Below, piece after piece: positions 1 to 13,000 of a stretch of 64,000 bases of DNA; positions within the stretch are counted from its first letter, which is position 1; every line of letters starts with the position of its first letter. Both the position numbers and the translations under genes were made by a program. The stretch is from Tubulanus polymorphus (Eukaryota > Animalia > Nemertea), in the NCBI RefSeq assembly GCF_964204645.1, contig NC_134034.1:3613814-3677813 (forward strand), in the 5' to 3' direction. The notes beneath the pieces are model-generated. The model was given only the letters and a program-made list of their open reading frames with translations. It had not been told where the DNA came from and searched no databases.

Positions 1-19
1 TTAAGCCCTACGGCTATAG

Positions 20-235
20 AACTGGGTAAAGCTTACACGACCGTGGAACTTAGTCCAGATTCAGTTTTTACCCAAACAACTGTGGAACTGGATCCAGAGT
101 CAAATTAATCCCACTCAACTGTGGAACTGGCTGCAGATTAGAAATAAAACCTGCACAACTGTAGAACTGGATCCAGATTCAGTTGAAACCCGCACAACTG
201 CCAAACTGGATCCAGAGTCTAAATGAACCCGCGTT
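20..235. repeat. Tandem array of ~39-bp unit (CACAACTGTGGAACTGGATCCAGA...)
   Basis: Motif recurs at about 40, 79, 118, 158 and 198. A reverse-complement array of the same unit lies at ~40530-40740. Confidence 0.8.
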
Positions 236-627
236 GAATCCATCCTCCCCAGCAGGGATTCGAGCCTGATGGCATTTAGGCTGGCACAGTAAAAAACCTG
301 CCGCACTAGCCTTAAGCCTTAAGATTTTGTCGTTATTAGCCAATCAGAAAGCCTGTTTTATTTTAGCCCAGGTTTTTTCCATTCGTAGTTTTTCCATAAA
401 ATTTGTCTCGGCGATTATACAACGAGCAATCTGATTGGTGCGGCCAGTTTGTGTGCGGAAAACCTGCACACCCGGTCTAGTGCGGCAGGGATTCGTGCTG
501 TGGCTGAGTGTAGCGATACCAACAAGTTTGAATCCCTGCCGGCAAAGTATGGTGCAACCAGATAAGATTCAAATTAAACCCTGTTTGCTTGCATGGACGA
601 TGAATTGAATTTGGTAATGATTTTCAG

Positions 628-1670
628 AAACAAGTGATTCGAACGCAAAGTACATCTGTGATGTCATTTCCTCTGGTGGCGTTTAACGTCGTACTCGGTG
701 GATTGTGGTTTATTTACGGAATCATTCGACACGATAAATATATTCAAGTGAGTGAAATAAAAAAATGCGTAGTTTGAGAATCTGAGAAGATTCGACCCCA
801 GTGTGTTGAATAATGAGCATATTGCTGTAGTGTCTCTACACCGCAGTGCAGCGTATTGTTAGTTACTGATATTTCAATGTTTTGATCGATGCTGCCATCT
901 TTCGAAAGAGATGAAAACTACAGTTAACCCCCGATATACCGCCCTCCCATGTACCGCAACCTCCGCCTACCGCCAGTCTCTATGCAAATACATAGTAAAA
1001 CACCCCTGATATACCACCAATACTGCCAATATCGTTCAGCACCGATGTGGGCGGTATATATCGGAGGTTGACTGTAATTACTAATGACATCAATAAACTG
1101 TGATGTGGTGTACTAGCAAAGATCATCACTGATATATCAGTGTTTTCAATAAGAAATTAACAAGCCAGGTCCCTTTGAAAAACAGAAGGGTCCCATAATA
1201 TGTCAGTCCCGGAAATGAAAGCTGTTTTGAAAAAACAGGCGGGTCCTTTACAAACGACAGACGGGTCTGGGACCTGGCTCTTATTGAAAACACTGTATAT
1301 ACACGGCACTGCAGTGTAGATGCGCTGAAAGGCTTAAGTAATTTGTGCTGTACCTTCGAATTATAATAATGATCCAGATCAATTTTATTAGTCCCGAATG
1401 ATGCAGATCAAGTAGGTTTAACAGTACCTCGGATTACTGGTAGACTGGATTATTTTCATGTGTCTCGAACGTTCAGGTTTTACGGTACCTCGGATATCTC
1501 ATGAACCAGATTAATTAAGACATATTTTTCACGCTCGGTTTCGATTTTTCTATTTTCAGGTACCGAATTTTATAGGATTTATTCTCGGATGTCTTCAGGC
1601 GTCGTTATTCGTTTTGTATCCGTCGCGATCGTCGCGGACTATAAACGCGAAGTCGACGGTCGTTATATAA
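628..1670 (+). CDS. SLC50A1: SWEET sugar transporter (SLC50A1-like), last two coding exons 628-747 and 1560-1670; 5' part is outside the window
   Basis: ttttcAG|628-747 gives KQVIRTQSTSVMSFPLVAFNVVLGGLWFIYGIIRHDKYIQ|GTGAGT. ttttcAG|1560-1670 gives VPNFIGFILGCLQASLFVLYPSRSS...VVI*. Phase-0 join. Matches the second MtN3/saliva repeat (VI.T.ST..M.FP...W..YG...D.YI.VPN..G). Confidence 0.9.
921..1074. mobile_element. Tc1/pogo(Tigger)-like MITE
   Basis: TA|CAGTTAACCCCCGATATA...TATATCGGAGGTTGACTG|TA. Second copy at 3850-4023. Confidence 0.8.
1138..1295. mobile_element. MITE with CAGTGTTTTCAATAAGA TIRs
   Basis: TIR CAGTGTTTTCAATAAGA / TCTTATTGAAAACACTG. Near-identical copy at 28623-28782. Confidence 0.8.
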
Positions 1671-1997
1671 GAGAGCCTCGAGTCAATCAGAGAGCGGGCG
1701 TCGACCCGAAATCATTCGTGTTCGTTCTCGTCGCATTTAAATTACGTCTTCTTTCTGTTTTGAAAGAAAAAATCAAAAAAGTATTTCCATTTCGAATTGT
1801 TAGGTTTTGGTTTCATTCGTAGAATGATTTTCCGTGTTTCTACGAGCTAATGCTAGGTCGGGTTGTGAATCAGCCGTCTGGAACACCGCCTCTTCTCACG
1901 TACATTCGTTACTTTATCGACATTCCGAACAATGCCTCAGACATTTTGATAAAATCAGAACCTGGGAAACGCTATGGATGCAATTAAGTTTAACACT

Positions 1998-2200
1998 TGA
2001 GGCAAGTGAGGTGAGGCAAGTGAGGTACTACTAGGTGTCGCTAGTGTGCGGTAGGACACCAACTACTGTAACAATAGATTTTCCCTGTTGAGCCAAGCGA
2101 GGATCCACCAGGTGTCACTAGTGTGCTGTGATACGTCAACTACCGCCGCAATAGAGGATTTCACCTGTGGCGGCAAGTGGGGATCCACTTTAGTTGGTGA
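1998..2200 (+). repeat. ~76-bp satellite family (short array)
   Basis: Unit ggcaagtgaggatccaccaggtgtcactagtgtgcagtaggacaccaactactgc...atagaggattccac, also at 35086-35485 and (reverse) 53785-54135. Confidence 0.75.
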
Positions 2201-2577
2201 GTCTTCCAGGCTTCATTTTCCAACTAATGAAACACAAACACCAGACATTTTTATCAGCATTCTCTTAAACGCTCGTTGTTTTGACTTCACAATACGAGAT
2301 TGAATATGTCTAAACAGGTGTTGGTTTCAGGCTGCAAATTACTACCTATATTCGGGGTCATTTACTTGTGTTCTGGAGCGATCCAGTTTACTGATTTTAT
2401 GTCTTAGGTCGTATGTTGAAACATCCAATTCTTCCTCGCATGGGATTCGATTTTATAGTCAAGACGGACCGTGTCCAGTTTATTCACAAATCCTCGCCAA
2501 GGAATTTGGTGTTCATTGCTCTGAAACGTGTTTGGTCACATATCACGGGGCCACGGTCCCAGGCCCTTAAATGTTTA

Positions 2578-2740
2578 CAGTAAAACTCGCTTAATCCGGA
2601 TTGTTCGGGACCAATAAAGTTCATCTGGTTTATGTGAAATTTGGATCAGCGGATCAATTATGTACATGTATAAGGATTACATCAAAATCTGGATTAAGCT
2701 TATCCGAATTAAGCGGATCCGAATAAAGCGAGTTTGACTG
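2578..2740. mobile_element. Tc1/pogo-like MITE
   Basis: TA|CAGTAAAACTCGCTTAATCCGG...CCGAATAAAGCGAGTTTGACTG. Related to 30592-30969. Confidence 0.7.
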
Positions 2741-2917
2741 TTTATCGATGCACTTGTCTCATTTACCTAGTCAGAATAATGTACGGTGTTCTTCGCCCAA
2801 TACTCTGTAGCGTTGGGACTAAAATAGACCAGATGAGTTGAGATGACAAGGGAAATACATGCAGAAAACGAATGATTAAAAGCCAACTAAATATCAAAAA
2901 ACGAAATTTATTTAATA

Positions 2918-3384
2918 CAGTAGAACTGGCGCAAGTCGGACAGCTTTAAGTCGGAAAATGGGCAAAGTCGGTCGAAATTCCAAGGTCGCAATTTTTTCAG
3001 TTCATTTTCCTATCAAAATCTGTCTCAAAGTCAGATGCTAGGAGTCGTAAATCCGGCTAAGTCGGCTAAAATATAATTATATGTTCCGAACGTTTCAAAG
3101 CAATGCATTTTTCAATCTCTAAGTCAGTCGGCTTATTTCAGTTCTTTTTAAAAAAGATTGTCACTGGCGCGCAGCATCTATAATGTACTGGGAGATCGAT
3201 TTTTCTGTCGACGGATACATGTTTACAGTAGTAGTCGGCCATAGAATAGAGTATTGACCCCGGCGTGTCACTCAGTTGCTGTAGCTAATTCGCATTTTTC
3301 TTAGAAAACCCCCAAAATCCGACTTACTCATAATCGGACGTTTTCCCGTGGTCTCAACGTGTCCGACTTACGCCAGTTCTACTG
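2918..3384. mobile_element. Tc1/pogo(Tigger)-like non-autonomous element
   Basis: 25-bp TIRs CAGTAGAACTGGCG(C/T)AAGTCGGACA with a single mismatch and TA target duplication on both sides. Confidence 0.85.
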
Positions 3385-3849
3385 TAATAAATTTGAAGGA
3401 AAATTTTTTTTTTTCACATTAACGACCCTCATCAAGTGATGTTGGGCTTTTAATTATGCGACCGTTCGATGAGTACATAAGCGAAGTGTCGGAGAAATCT
3501 TCTTGCTCGCATGTAGCTAGATTATGCGTAACGATACACGCGGGACTAGAGGTAGTTCTGAAAAAAAATGACCGATTTTTGCTTGTGTACTGATTGAACG
3601 ATAGCAGCAGGCGTAGCGTGGACCTGGTTTCACAGTCGTGAGTTACACGGTATTCGAGTTTGTATGTTTCAATGTTTTAAATCCCGAATCGAATCTTAAA
3701 CGCTCTCTTTTGACATCGTTTTTTCGGTCCTTCATTTATTGAGTTTATGCTAAATCGATTAGGAGTTGATCATTTTAATGAAACTGGCATTTACAACTGT
3801 GGAGCTGTGTACTGGATATTAAAAGTTTTAGGCCCGGAAATATCGAGTA

Positions 3850-4023
3850 CAGTCAACCCGCGATATATACGGCCCTCCCATATACCGCAATCCCCGCCTA
3901 CCGCCAGGTTTTCTCAATGTTCATCTCTATACAAATACATAGTAAAATACCCCCGATATACCGCCACTCTATACCGCCAAAATTGTTCTGCACCGATGTG
4001 AGAGGTATATCGGGGGTTCACTG
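3850..4023. mobile_element. Tc1/pogo-like MITE (same family as 921-1074)
   Basis: TA|CAGTCAACCCGCGATATA...TATATCGGGGGTTCACTG|TA. Confidence 0.8.
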
Positions 4024-4080
4024 TATATACAGTTATGTTGCTTGTACACGTACCGGTATATAATGTTGATATCACTTTTA

Positions 4081-4231
4081 GGGGTCATTCATTTATTACG
4101 TACGCATTAGGGGAGGGGGAGGGGTCAGTGCAATTGCGTACTGTTATGCTTAATGTATACGAAAAAATGGCCGATTTTGCGTTGGGTTGAAAAATTCAAA
4201 TTCTATGCGTACCTAATAAATGAATGATCCC
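4081..4231. mobile_element. PIF/Harbinger-like MITE
   Basis: TTA|GGGGTCATTCATTTATTACGTACGC...GCGTACCTAATAAATGAATGATCCC|TTA. Related elements at 41598-42039 and 61654-62773. Confidence 0.75.
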
Positions 4232-4446
4232 TTAAACGCAATTGGAAACAAGAGTTAACTTATATTTGTAATTCATTTAGATTCTTTAACTTGTTCATCA
4301 AGATTATCTATTTGAACAAGAGGTTTTAAGTGATGTGGCCTTAAGTTCAGCTGGGGCCCATATTCTTATGAATCGCCACTAGTCCTAGAGTTTTAGTTGG
4401 ATCAAGATAAACCCTACAGACCCCTTGGGATTTCGATGGCTTGGGT

Positions 4447-5413
<967 letters not shown>

Positions 5414-6729
5414 GGCTTGGGTTGCTCTACTGGGAAAGCCCATATTTCTATGATGTTCCTTATCCTTCTTGGGGTACCTTTAGCAATGGGGCTATTAGAT
5501 AAATGAAGAATCAAAACACAGCGGAGCTATATCAGCCGACAGGCTGCGCGTTATCAAATAATTTGCAAGTTTTTTCAATACTTCATATATGTACTGAAGG
5601 GTTCAAGGTCATTCTTTTATTGCTGGACGCGCTGTCGTTCCGCACCGTGGTAAGGCTAACAATGTTTACACGGCAATGGCGCTGCCATATCGAAAACTGT
5701 AAATTTTAGGATAAAAGTCAAGGAAAGCATGATTATTCTAATCGATGCCACGGTTAGGACTTTTCAGAGGTCCGATTTAGTCGCTTGACCCAAAAAGTCG
5801 TATCAGATCAACTTCTTTCTGCACCTAAGTTCAGAAAACCCGTGCAAAACATTTCTTGTGCATTTTGAATAAAAGTTATCAGTTTTATTTTGTAAATAAA
5901 CAATATTTTTATGGTACAATTGTGAGAATTGTTCGTGTTCATTTTGCCACGGATTCACTGATCCCGGAATGCGTCGGAATGCTGTGATTTTGATATAATT
6001 GGAGCCACCCTTACGCGATATATTGCCTGAAACAGGATTCGCTATCATCGATTTTGATAGGATCATCCGTCTAATCGAGGTCCGCGCCGGAAACCTTTGG
6101 AGGCAAAAAATGGTTGTACTTGTTTGTTTCTTGTTGCTTTTCGTCGTTTGGATTTTTGTGTTGAATTCGGACCACGACTCGTCCACGCCGACTTCGTGAA
6201 AAATGCACCCCAAATATCTGTTTAGATAAAACAAAAGATGGGTTATTCCGGGTCCCGGTCTCTTTGAAGAACTAGGAATATATACAATATGTAACTACGA
6301 GAAGAAAATCCTAAGTAGCCGAATGACGTGAGCTTCGATTGGAGGCAACCAAACCCCGGAAACGCTGCTGGGTTCCATTTGTGTTGCACTTCCCTAAACG
6401 AGGCCCTGTATCCAGTGGGAATCGACTGGATACACGCATTCCTGATGCCTGACCGTAACCCCAGGTAGCGAGAGCGAAGACGGGCTGAAAGAAGTCGACT
6501 CTAGTTGTTAACATGTAAAAATGTGTCCGACTTGACTGATATCTTATACTTGTGTGTCTGAGTAGGATGGTTATGTATCAATTACATATCAAATAAATAT
6601 AATATAAAATATCTCATTTGAAAATATAACAATTGAGTTGAACGCTTATCAGAGGTTATCGGATCCTACTTGAGCGTAGACTCCTGTATTTCCTTTTCAT
6701 TTCATGTTTACGATTTCTAAGTAAACGTT

Positions 6730-7986
6730 CTATGTTTTTTTTGGTGTATAATCCGCGTTCGTATTACACCGATATAAACCCATTAATAAGTGAATGAATT
6801 TCCTCCGAAAAACTGGCATGGCTCCGACGTATATGAAAAAGTTGACGCAGAAAACCGATTGCCGCAGTATATAAAACGCTCTTTCTAAACGGAACGCGTT
6901 CGATAGCGCGTAGAAAGTGTTCCTGTACGCTGGCCATTTGCCGACAGTCTTGAAAACAATCCGTATAATTCTATTGAGGTAAAACAGAAAATTGCACATT
7001 GCACTCGGCAGAACAAGCGCTATGAACGTGATAACGACAACGAGAAGAGTTTTACTGGCTGAAGATTGATGTCGATCTGTTGTTCTTCTCATCGGTAGAT
7101 CAGATATTCTATTTCTTATTATAGCAGTTTTTATTGATAGAATAACTATGAGAAAAGACGGTAAAATTTCTTGTGAAAGTGGATTTAAAAATACGTATAA
7201 AATGTTTACAGGTGATTTCGAAGACAGAAAATCAGGAGATTTACAACTCCAATAGTGAATGGATTCATTGCGTGTGGATCTGTGACGTTCTACAAGACGA
7301 ATATCACTTTGTGCAATAATGTTATATTGTCCTAAAATAGAAGCCCACAACCAGACGCCAACTACCGCCATTTTACGTCTCCGAACGGTGACCTGTTTCC
7401 TGTGAAAGAAAGGAAAACGAATCGATACGAATCTTTCGATGGCGATCACTAAAACTGCGTAGTTTGATACAGCAACGGCCGGTTGGTATAACAAAGTTTT
7501 GAGGAAACACCACGGAATCAACCTCTCGTGAAGATGTTGAAAATAGTAATAGAAATAGTAAATGTATGGACATCGTGTTCTGACATCAGTTAGTGACATG
7601 GAAAATGTGTTACAACTGTGCAATCCATTGCTATAGAGGAATTTGATCATTTTTGGGGAAAATTCGCGAATCAAATGAAACATGATGACAGTTTGATCCG
7701 CAAACGCGATAGTAATCAGATAGGGGAACGTGCAACGAACCGACTGACAGCTCCGACATTTTATCAGTAAAACTATAGTCAGAATATTGAAGAAATTTCC
7801 GATTGGAAGCAACAGCAGCGCTCGGATGTGATCGGTCCTAGCGATAGTATAGTCAAGGAATCCGAAGAAGGCGTGTGTTATAAGCCGATGACGAGTTATG
7901 GTGGTATAAGCGGTTGTAGTGAAATTGTTCACAGGTTCCAGTGAGGTAACCGCAGTCAACTGATTCATGTTATTATCAGGATGCAA
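6730..7986 (-). CDS. Intronless class-A (rhodopsin-like) GPCR, peptide/FMRFamide-receptor-like, 418 aa
   Basis: Seven hydrophobic segments. TM1 GNFFN, TM2 IAFAD, TM3 VIAIERFVSIRFP, TM5 LP, TM6 FIALVLP, TM7 CVNFFIY...FR. N-terminal N-glycosylation sequon. Confidence 0.88.
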   Translation of the reverse strand: MHPDNNMNQLTAVTSLEPVNNFTTTAYTTITRHRLITHAFFGFLDYTIARTDHIRALLLLPIGNFFNILTIVLLIKCRSCQSVRCTFPYLITIAFADQTVIMFHLIREFSPKMIKFLYSNGLHSCNTFSMSLTDVRTRCPYIYYFYYYFQHLHERLIPWCFLKTLLYQPAVAVSNYAVLVIAIERFVSIRFPFFHRKQVTVRRRKMAVVGVWLWASILGQYNIIAQSDIRLVERHRSTRNESIHYWSCKSPDFLSSKSPVNILYVFLNPLSQEILPSFLIVILSIKTAIIRNRISDLPMRRTTDRHQSSASKTLLVVVITFIALVLPSAMCNFLFYLNRIIRIVFKTVGKWPAYRNTFYALSNAFRLERAFYILRQSVFCVNFFIYVGAMPVFRRKFIHLLMGLYRCNTNADYTPKKT

Positions 7987-8844
7987 TCGTCAAGTCGCGG
8001 AATGGTTCAGAAGCGCGCGCCTACGCATTTGTTAGAACACTTAAAATCGATATTTCCATAGAAAGATTGGTATTCAGGATATATAGCTCGGAACACAGCG
8101 CAATATTTCACATTTCGATGAAGTGTTTTCAGCTTTTCAGGCTTCTGATAGAAAATCCTTTCAGAAACTCTTACTGGTTAGATCCCATTATCTATCACGT
8201 ACATCATCATTCGACCGAAATGAGGGAGGTTACCGTTACATGCGTTTCAGCCCAACAGCCCCCTGCCGAGGGGGATTCGGGTTTCAGCGAACGAACCCCC
8301 TAAAACTTTCAAAAGTGCCCTTCGCAAAGTCAGTGTCAAAGAAATATGGGTCGAGATTTTTCGAAATTTGGATACAATGTTCCATGTTTTTTTGGGCAGT
8401 AATTGACCAGTGACGTATTATCATCGCTCAGTCGATCAATGACATGTTTTAATGAGACGCTGTTTAAATTAAGTTTAGGTTATCGAAAAAATTTAAGATA
8501 TGTCCTTTTTCAGATATGTTCTTTTTCAATAGAAAAGTGCTCCTTTTCGCGTAGTCTAATAAGTGCCCTTTGCGTTGAAATTGAACTGCTCCTCAAAAAA
8601 GCTCGGCACAAAGGCATGAAGAATCGAACTTGAATTCTTCGAGTAGGCCTACCTACGTAAATTCATACGTTTATTGAAAATGTGGTTTTACAATGACCAA
8701 TTCTTTAAGTATGTAATATGGCTGCCCAGGAAGTGTCTTCTTGTTCTTCGGACCTCATATAAGTAAGTTTTTTTTTTCCATATTAATAAAGAAAGAAACT
8801 CGACTTAAACTGAGCATAGGTAGCGCTTGTGCGGAGACCTGTAT

Positions 8845-9040
8845 TTTTTAACACCCTCAACCCACTAAGCGCCACGCAGGGCATCGTAAGCAGGTTCGAT
8901 GTTTCTTTTTCCCAACGGGGAAGAGACAATAGAAGAACCTTCGCCCAGGAAACTCTGTCGCCACCAGGGTTTGAACCCATAAATCCTGGATTGACGAGAC
9001 CAGTGACCGGCGGCTTAAAACACTCGGCCACTGCGCCTCA
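8845..9040 (-). mobile_element. tRNA-derived SINE
   Basis: Minus strand has A-box TGGCCGAGTG, B-box GGTTCAAACC, a non-tRNA body and an A-tail. ~23-bp TSD AGCGCT(T/C)GTG(C/T)GGAGACCTGTAT at 8822-8844 and 9041-9063. Confidence 0.8.
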
Positions 9041-9481
9041 AGCGCTCGTGTGGAGACCTGTATGGTGGCTGATTCGGGCCATACCAAAAAAAAATTCGAG
9101 TACAGGTATGATTTTTTATTTGCCCATTTTTGTGCGAGAATACAAAGAGTTTGGTTTTGATCTAGATTGGTCCACCAGCAATATTTCAGTGACACCCTAC
9201 TGTTTTGACTGGTAAAATCATTAACCTGGGATGCATAAGAGCTTACCGTATTTTCATATATACATTTTGTCTCAAGAGGGTCAGAAAGCTTCGAATCTCA
9301 AAAATTAAGACTATTCAAGAATTTTCGAGCAATTTCAAGAATTCGGAAATATGCTCGTTGCCTTCGGCTCCCGGCGGATGCGGTGCAAAGTATGGCATAT
9401 AGTGACACTTGTTTTAATCCCCACCCCCCCCCCCCACCCCTTAAAACGAAATATGGTTTCGTCGCGGGTGATGATATCCAA

Positions 9482-9587
9482 GGGCCGGAATTATAGACTG
9501 GTATCAACTTTAACTCGGTGGCTAACTCAATTCATTTTCAGTCAAGTTAACCCCGGGTTAAAGTTAATACCAGTCTATAAAACGGCC
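9482..9587. mobile_element. Short palindromic MITE (GGCC.G.TTTATAGACTGGTAT TIR family)
   Basis: Terminal inverted repeats. Further copies at ~18345-18449, 53200-53308, 55960-56069 and 63461-63570. Confidence 0.75.
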
Positions 9588-10009
9588 CAAATATTTTCAA
9601 TGAAAATCTACTGAATTTGAAGGGAATATGAAAGAATATGATTTTGTACGTGTACATCCCAACCATGACCATGGTATATATGGAGGAAAAGAGAGTATTT
9701 GCCATCATTGCAGACAGAAACTTTCTATATTTGGATTATAATTGGACATCGATATAACGACGCATGGAAACATGAAACCGAAAGTAGCTGCACAAATCGA
9801 TGGTTATTCCTGGGAAGTTTGTCGTTTGAGTCAGAGTAAACGCTAATGAGAGAACCGTAAAAAATCTTTCCACGACGAATTCTAAAATTCGTTTCATGAG
9901 CAAGAAATGTAAAATTCTGCATCAGTTGTGGATTAGACCTGAAGATCTGCGGACAACCGAGCAAAATATCGTGAATTAATTTCATTGCATTATCGTGTTG
10001 ATGTTGGGT

Positions 10010-13000
10010 ATGGAGCAGCGACTGAGAGCGCTGTTTATAGCATCGCTGATCGTCTGTCAAGTTCGGATCGCACGCGCTGATCGCGCAGACTCTATCGAGG
10101 AATCGTCTGTGACGGTGAGTTCGTCTTGTAACAACACGTGGTACGCCCTAGAATCTACGTCCGGTTACATCGTTTCACCGAATTATCCGTCGTTAACGCG
10201 CGGTGTTGAATGTCGTTGGTTCATCAGCAGTTCTTTACCGGGTACTTTTCACGTCCAAGTTTACTACGACATCGAGACGTCAGTATTCTGCAACGATAAC
10301 TACTTCTACGAAACCGATAACAGATTCTGCGGCGATGGAAAACACGAATTCCGCCGCAACGATTCGATCTCGTTGATGTTGCGGGTTGAAGTCGACGCTG
10401 CGCGAGGTAGTCGGGTTTATATCATGTATCGTCATGAAAGAAGCCGATTGAAAATTAGACACAACTGCAGAAAATATGGACTCAGATTGAATCATATGCA
10501 AACATCGAAGGGACATAAATTCAATTTGATATTTGGATCTTGCCAATTGTTCCTGGAATGGATCGGGATGCCTGATGGTTTAGCGATGAATTTAACGTTT
10601 GTCGATTTTGCCTACTCGTCTAATTCTCATCAGGTCCCTTTTCGGATTCATGAAGGATGGAACAGCAGCAGTGAACCATTAGCTCTCATACGACAACAAA
10701 CCGGCCATCCACCTTCATCATTTTATACTAAAACAAACAAAGCCACTCTAGTATCGCAGAAAATTTCTATCAAGTCACAGCTTTTAGTTCAGATATACAA
10801 GATATCAGATTGGAACGTCTCTAATCCTTTGATTCAGATTTCTCATAACGAGTCGGGAGTGCTCATTCCCGATGACAACAGTTTACACGTAATAACTCGA
10901 TCAAAACACTTATACTGCTGGTCTATCACGGTGCAGGCGTTACAGTACGTCGTCTTCAACTGGACACATGATTTCGTCACATCCGGTGACGTCATTGGTG
11001 TATATAAACTAGAAGGGTTACGTGTTGTAGGAACTGATATTTTACTCGGTTACAACTACCTGCAATCACTGAGTGTCAAATCTGACGGCTTTCTTATTGT
11101 ATTGTGCGTATTAAAGAGAATGTTTCATGAATTCTTGAGTGTAAAAATATATTACCAAATGAAAACAATTTCAATGGCTGATATGAAGGTTAACAATCGT
11201 CAGGTGAGTAACAGCGAAGCTAGTTTCAACTATTCAAAAAGTATGTCAATTACATAACACGAAGTTAATGGCTTATTTACGTTTAGGTATCCGAGAGTCG
11301 ATTAAGATACATGACGCCGAACACATTGTTCCCAAGACGAAGGGACCCGAAGACCACGATGAATTATCGCATCACTAAATACGAGTTTCGATGGAAAGTT
11401 GACATTTATGAAGAGAACTTAGAGCTAAAAGTTTTATCAGAGAACTGCGATCGAGCCGGATTTTACATATTTGACGGCGGTAATTTCACGGCTAGACGCT
11501 ACGGTCCGTATTGTCCTCGTTTACGGACATACGACCGTAACGTCGTCAGCCTTGTTTCATCAGGTGGACCGGTTACTGTGGCAGCATACGCTTACAACTG
11601 GGATGATCAGTTAGCAGTCGATACGAAGTCATTTCTCAGATTTCGTCCAACTGACTGCGACGGTTATGTCTTAAAGGAGGGGGAACTTCAGATATCCCTG
11701 ACGTCACAGTGTCTCGTGATTACCCCTGAAAACCGACGCCTTCCGTTGAAAAGCATTTATATATTATCGGAACACGAGTATCAAATTGACCGGTGTTTTC
11801 CGAATCATTTATCATTCGGGTCATGTAGCAGGTATTTGAGAGCGAGTAGTCAGTTTCTCGATAACGGTCTCATCGTATTAAACACGGTGAAAATACGATT
11901 CGCGGATCCATTCTGGAGAATTCCATTAATTGTTAAACTACGACGTAAATGTCAACTATCAAAGAAACCCGAGACAGAATTACTTGAATTATCCATATTG
12001 AAAGATGAATGCGGGATTGTGCAATCGCTAAATTACCCAGGATCTTCTGAATATCAATTTCAACCGTTATATTTCAAGTTTTTCCAAGCGTCAAAACGTG
12101 AGAAATTTCCATATTTCAGATTTGTTATCAAACACATTGAAAGGACACCGTGCTTTAAATCATCTTCCAAAGACAAAGATCCAATTTTTTACAAACAAAG
12201 GATTGAGTCGAACGCCAAAATTCAACACGAAAATCAAATATGCGACGAAAATGCGATACCGGGAATCGTATTTTATAGTCTTATCGATTACAACCTCTGG
12301 TTCGAGGTGAAAAGCTTTGTCCCCAGTTTTCGAGTACAATACATGTTAGAAAAGTCGTTACCGGTGAAACTGATTGAAAATATCTGTAAATCGGGATTTC
12401 TAGATTCGGGGATTTCCTGCGTAAAATACATCCGAGATGAACGCCTGAATTGGGAGAATGCTGAACTGTACTGCAGACAAAAGTATGCGGGCCATCTACT
12501 CAGTATCAACTCGGAGCAGGAAATGATTGCTATTAAAACCTTATTCGCTACAAAACTTCTTAAAACTGCATATTCACAGAAAGCGCTTATAATGATGATC
12601 GGATTAAAACTGCAGGTAAATGTTATGATATTTTTGTTCAAAACTATACCTTGGATATCCTTGATTGTGGAACAATTGACTTTTTATCTTAACATTTCAA
12701 TTTTACGTTTTAGTTTAGCAGATACACGTGGACTGATGGCAAACCATTGAGCTACACGGAGTGGTATAAGCCTAGAAATAACGACACGATACCAGACGTT
12801 ATTCAAGGATTGATATCTCCTCTAAGAAAACAACCGGTAAATGATGTAGATATGCCGTGTACGGCGATGATACTGAATAATCCACGAGGATCGGCGAACT
12901 GGGTTCGATTTCCCTGCAAAATTGAAGAGGTTCACACGAGTTTCATTTGTGAATCGGAAAAAGTCGACATCGAAAATACAGAAAAATGGACGAATAGAAA

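Larger units (their letters stand above)
790..1335 (+). mobile_element. Degenerate piggyBac-like MITE copy interrupted by two other MITEs
   Basis: Homologous to the 30609-30888 family (gtgtgttgaataa...tctacaccgcagtgc...tgctgccatcttt...gtactagcaaa...gcgctgaaaggcttaa). Split by inserts at 921-1074 and 1138-1295. Confidence 0.7.

Noticed and set aside
245-545. Two divergent tRNA-like heads with B-box-like motifs
   Set aside because: Too degenerate to fold as tRNA or to delimit as SINEs.
8845-9040. Possible tRNA gene
   Set aside because: It has A/B boxes but no clean cloverleaf, plus an extra body, A-tail and TSD, so it is a SINE.
9995-12750. ORFs 9995-11257 and 11311-12750 (and their duplicates) as stand-alone genes
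   Set aside because: Their ends run into introns; they are exons of the single LGR gene.
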